DNA of 203 nucleotides from Escherichia coli (GTDB lineage Bacteria; Pseudomonadota; Gammaproteobacteria; Enterobacterales; Enterobacteriaceae): NCBI RefSeq assembly GCF_003334335.1, contig NZ_QOWQ01000246.1; one strand, 5' to 3'. Shown piece by piece: positions 1 to 203 of this stretch (position 1 is its first letter; each line of letters starts with the position of its first letter). The notes under the pieces were generated by a model. It saw only the letters and a program-made list of their open reading frames with translations, ran no database searches and was not told where the DNA came from. The position numbers and the translations under genes were made by a program.

Positions 1-132
1 GACAGGGTTTCCCCGTCTCAGTGGGCGGCAATAGGCGTGCTGGGGAGTCTGCTGTTTGGGCTGCTGACATATCTGACGAACCTGTATTTCAAAATTAAAG
101 AAGACCGGCGTAAGGCGGCCCGGGGAGAGTAG
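1..132 (+). CDS. essQ: Phage holin, class II (phage 21 S / S21 pinholin family), 3' portion with stop codon; 5' end lies upstream of the window
   Basis: Frame 1 is open from base 1 to TAG at 130-132 and translates to [43 protein letters not shown]. This closely matches my recollection of the phage 21 S holin C-terminus (...[26 protein letters not shown](R/K)[10 protein letters not shown]) and the E. coli K-12 prophage holins EssD/EssQ. It has the expected architecture: a hydrophobic Gly/Ala/Ser-rich helix ([23 protein letters not shown]) followed by a short charged tail. I chose essQ over essD only because the downstream gene is not an endolysin, as in the Qin arrangement; essD-like is equally defensible from this fragment. 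Confidence 0.85.
   Translation, partial: DRVSPSQWAAIGVLGSLLFGLLTYLTNLYFKIKEDRRKAARGE
22..90 (+). other. Region encoding the second transmembrane helix (TMD2) of the pinholin, with small-residue (G/A/S) spacing typical of a glycine-zipper-like helix packing face
   Basis: The translated segment [23 protein letters not shown] is 23 uninterrupted hydrophobic/small residues, with G/A/S at roughly i, i+4 spacing ([11 protein letters not shown]). It is followed immediately by the charged tail [13 protein letters not shown]. In S21-type pinholins TMD2 is the pore-lining helix (established knowledge); the exact boundaries here are estimated by eye. Confidence 0.6.
122..129 (+). promoter_or_regulatory. 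Shine-Dalgarno / ribosome-binding site for the downstream ORF, embedded in the last codons of the holin gene
   Basis: GGGGAGAG at 122-129 has a GGAG core at 124-127, giving 8 nt to the ATG at 136 (6 nt if measured from GGAGAG, 124-129). The purine-rich run overlaps the holin codons R-G-E and sits just before the stop, an arrangement typical of translational coupling. Confidence 0.6.
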
Positions 133-135
133 ACG

Positions 136-203
136 ATGAATAAACAATACGAACTGGTTGTTAAAGGGATAAATAATTACCCGGATAAGATTACTGTTAC
201 TGT
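136..203 (+). CDS. ydfR: Small hypothetical protein, N-terminal 22 codons only (MNKQYELVVKGINNYPDKITVT...); probably a YdfR-like (DUF1327-type) protein of prophage lysis cassettes; 3' end lies beyond the window
   Basis: ATG at 136-138 is preceded by a well-spaced SD, and the frame is open to the window end. The segment is about 31% GC against about 56% upstream, with codon usage consistent with an AT-rich coding region. The gene symbol is assigned by synteny recall (in the K-12 Qin prophage the order is essQ-ydfR-rrrQ), not by recognising the sequence itself, so treat it as tentative. The N-terminus does not resemble the SAR endolysin of phage 21 or DLP12 (which begins MPPSLRK...). Confidence 0.6.
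   Translation, partial: MNKQYELVVKGINNYPDKITVT

Noticed and set aside
104-126. GC-rich segment (accggcgtaaggcggcccgggga) containing the palindrome CCCGGG, considered as a possible intrinsic terminator or regulatory hairpin after the holin
   Set aside because: I could not find a convincing inverted repeat forming a stable stem and there is no downstream U-tract. The segment is coding (the holin tail EDRRKAARG), and the GC richness is explained by Arg/Ala/Gly codons. CCCGGG is just a 6-bp restriction-type palindrome.
1-201. The minus strand has a reading frame with no stop codon across essentially the whole window (about 67 codons, reverse-complement frame 3)
   Set aside because: It is antisense to two + strand genes with strong independent support (holin homology, SD plus ATG). 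Its translation (…[30 protein letters not shown]…) has no recognisable family features, and there is no start codon with an RBS in the window. Stop-free antisense frames of this length occur by chance opposite real genes. It would only merit a look if transcript or ribosome-profiling data showed antisense translation.
191-203. Tandem direct repeat TTACTG-TTACTG-T at the 3' edge of the window
   Set aside because: Only two copies of a hexamer; it lies inside the downstream coding frame, where it simply encodes alternating residues (I-T-V-T-V). Too short to call a microsatellite, CRISPR repeat or slippage-prone tract, and it is cut off by the window end.
136-203. Possibility that the downstream ORF is the endolysin (R) itself
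   Set aside because: The N-terminus MNKQYELVVKGINNYPDK lacks the hydrophobic SAR segment of phage-21-type endolysins and does not resemble the N-terminus of lambda R transglycosylase or T4-like lysozymes as I recall them. With only 22 residues this cannot be fully excluded, so the product is called hypothetical/YdfR-like rather than endolysin.
1-203. Novel defence or other previously undescribed system, as suggested by the task framing
   Set aside because: Nothing in the 203 bp supports it. Both genes fit a known prophage lysis module, and there are no repeats, RNA structures or unexplained ORFs. Any claim of novelty would need flanking sequence and homology searches that I cannot perform here.

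Overview
This 203-bp window is the junction between two co-directional + strand genes of what looks like a lambdoid prophage lysis cassette, most likely from an enterobacterial (E. coli/Shigella-type) genome. Bases 1-132 encode the C-terminal 43 residues and TAG stop of a class II holin of the phage 21 S (S21 pinholin) family: [44 protein letters not shown] Shine-Dalgarno sequence (GGGGAGAG, 122-129) lies inside the holin's last codons. Three bases after the stop, an ATG at 136 opens a second ORF (MNKQYELVVKGINNYPDKITVT...) that runs off the 3' end of the window. This second ORF is not a phage-21-type SAR endolysin N-terminus; by position it resembles the small uncharacterised gene found between holin and endolysin in the E. 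coli K-12 Qin prophage (ydfR). I see no tRNA, rRNA, CRISPR array, IS terminus or intrinsic terminator. I find no sequence support for a novel biological system here: this is a recognisable, conserved prophage lysis-module junction. The points worth a second look are the uncharacterised ORF in the lysis cassette, a sharp GC drop at the gene boundary, and an in-frame amber stop between the two ORFs. All homology statements come from memory of protein families, not from a database search.
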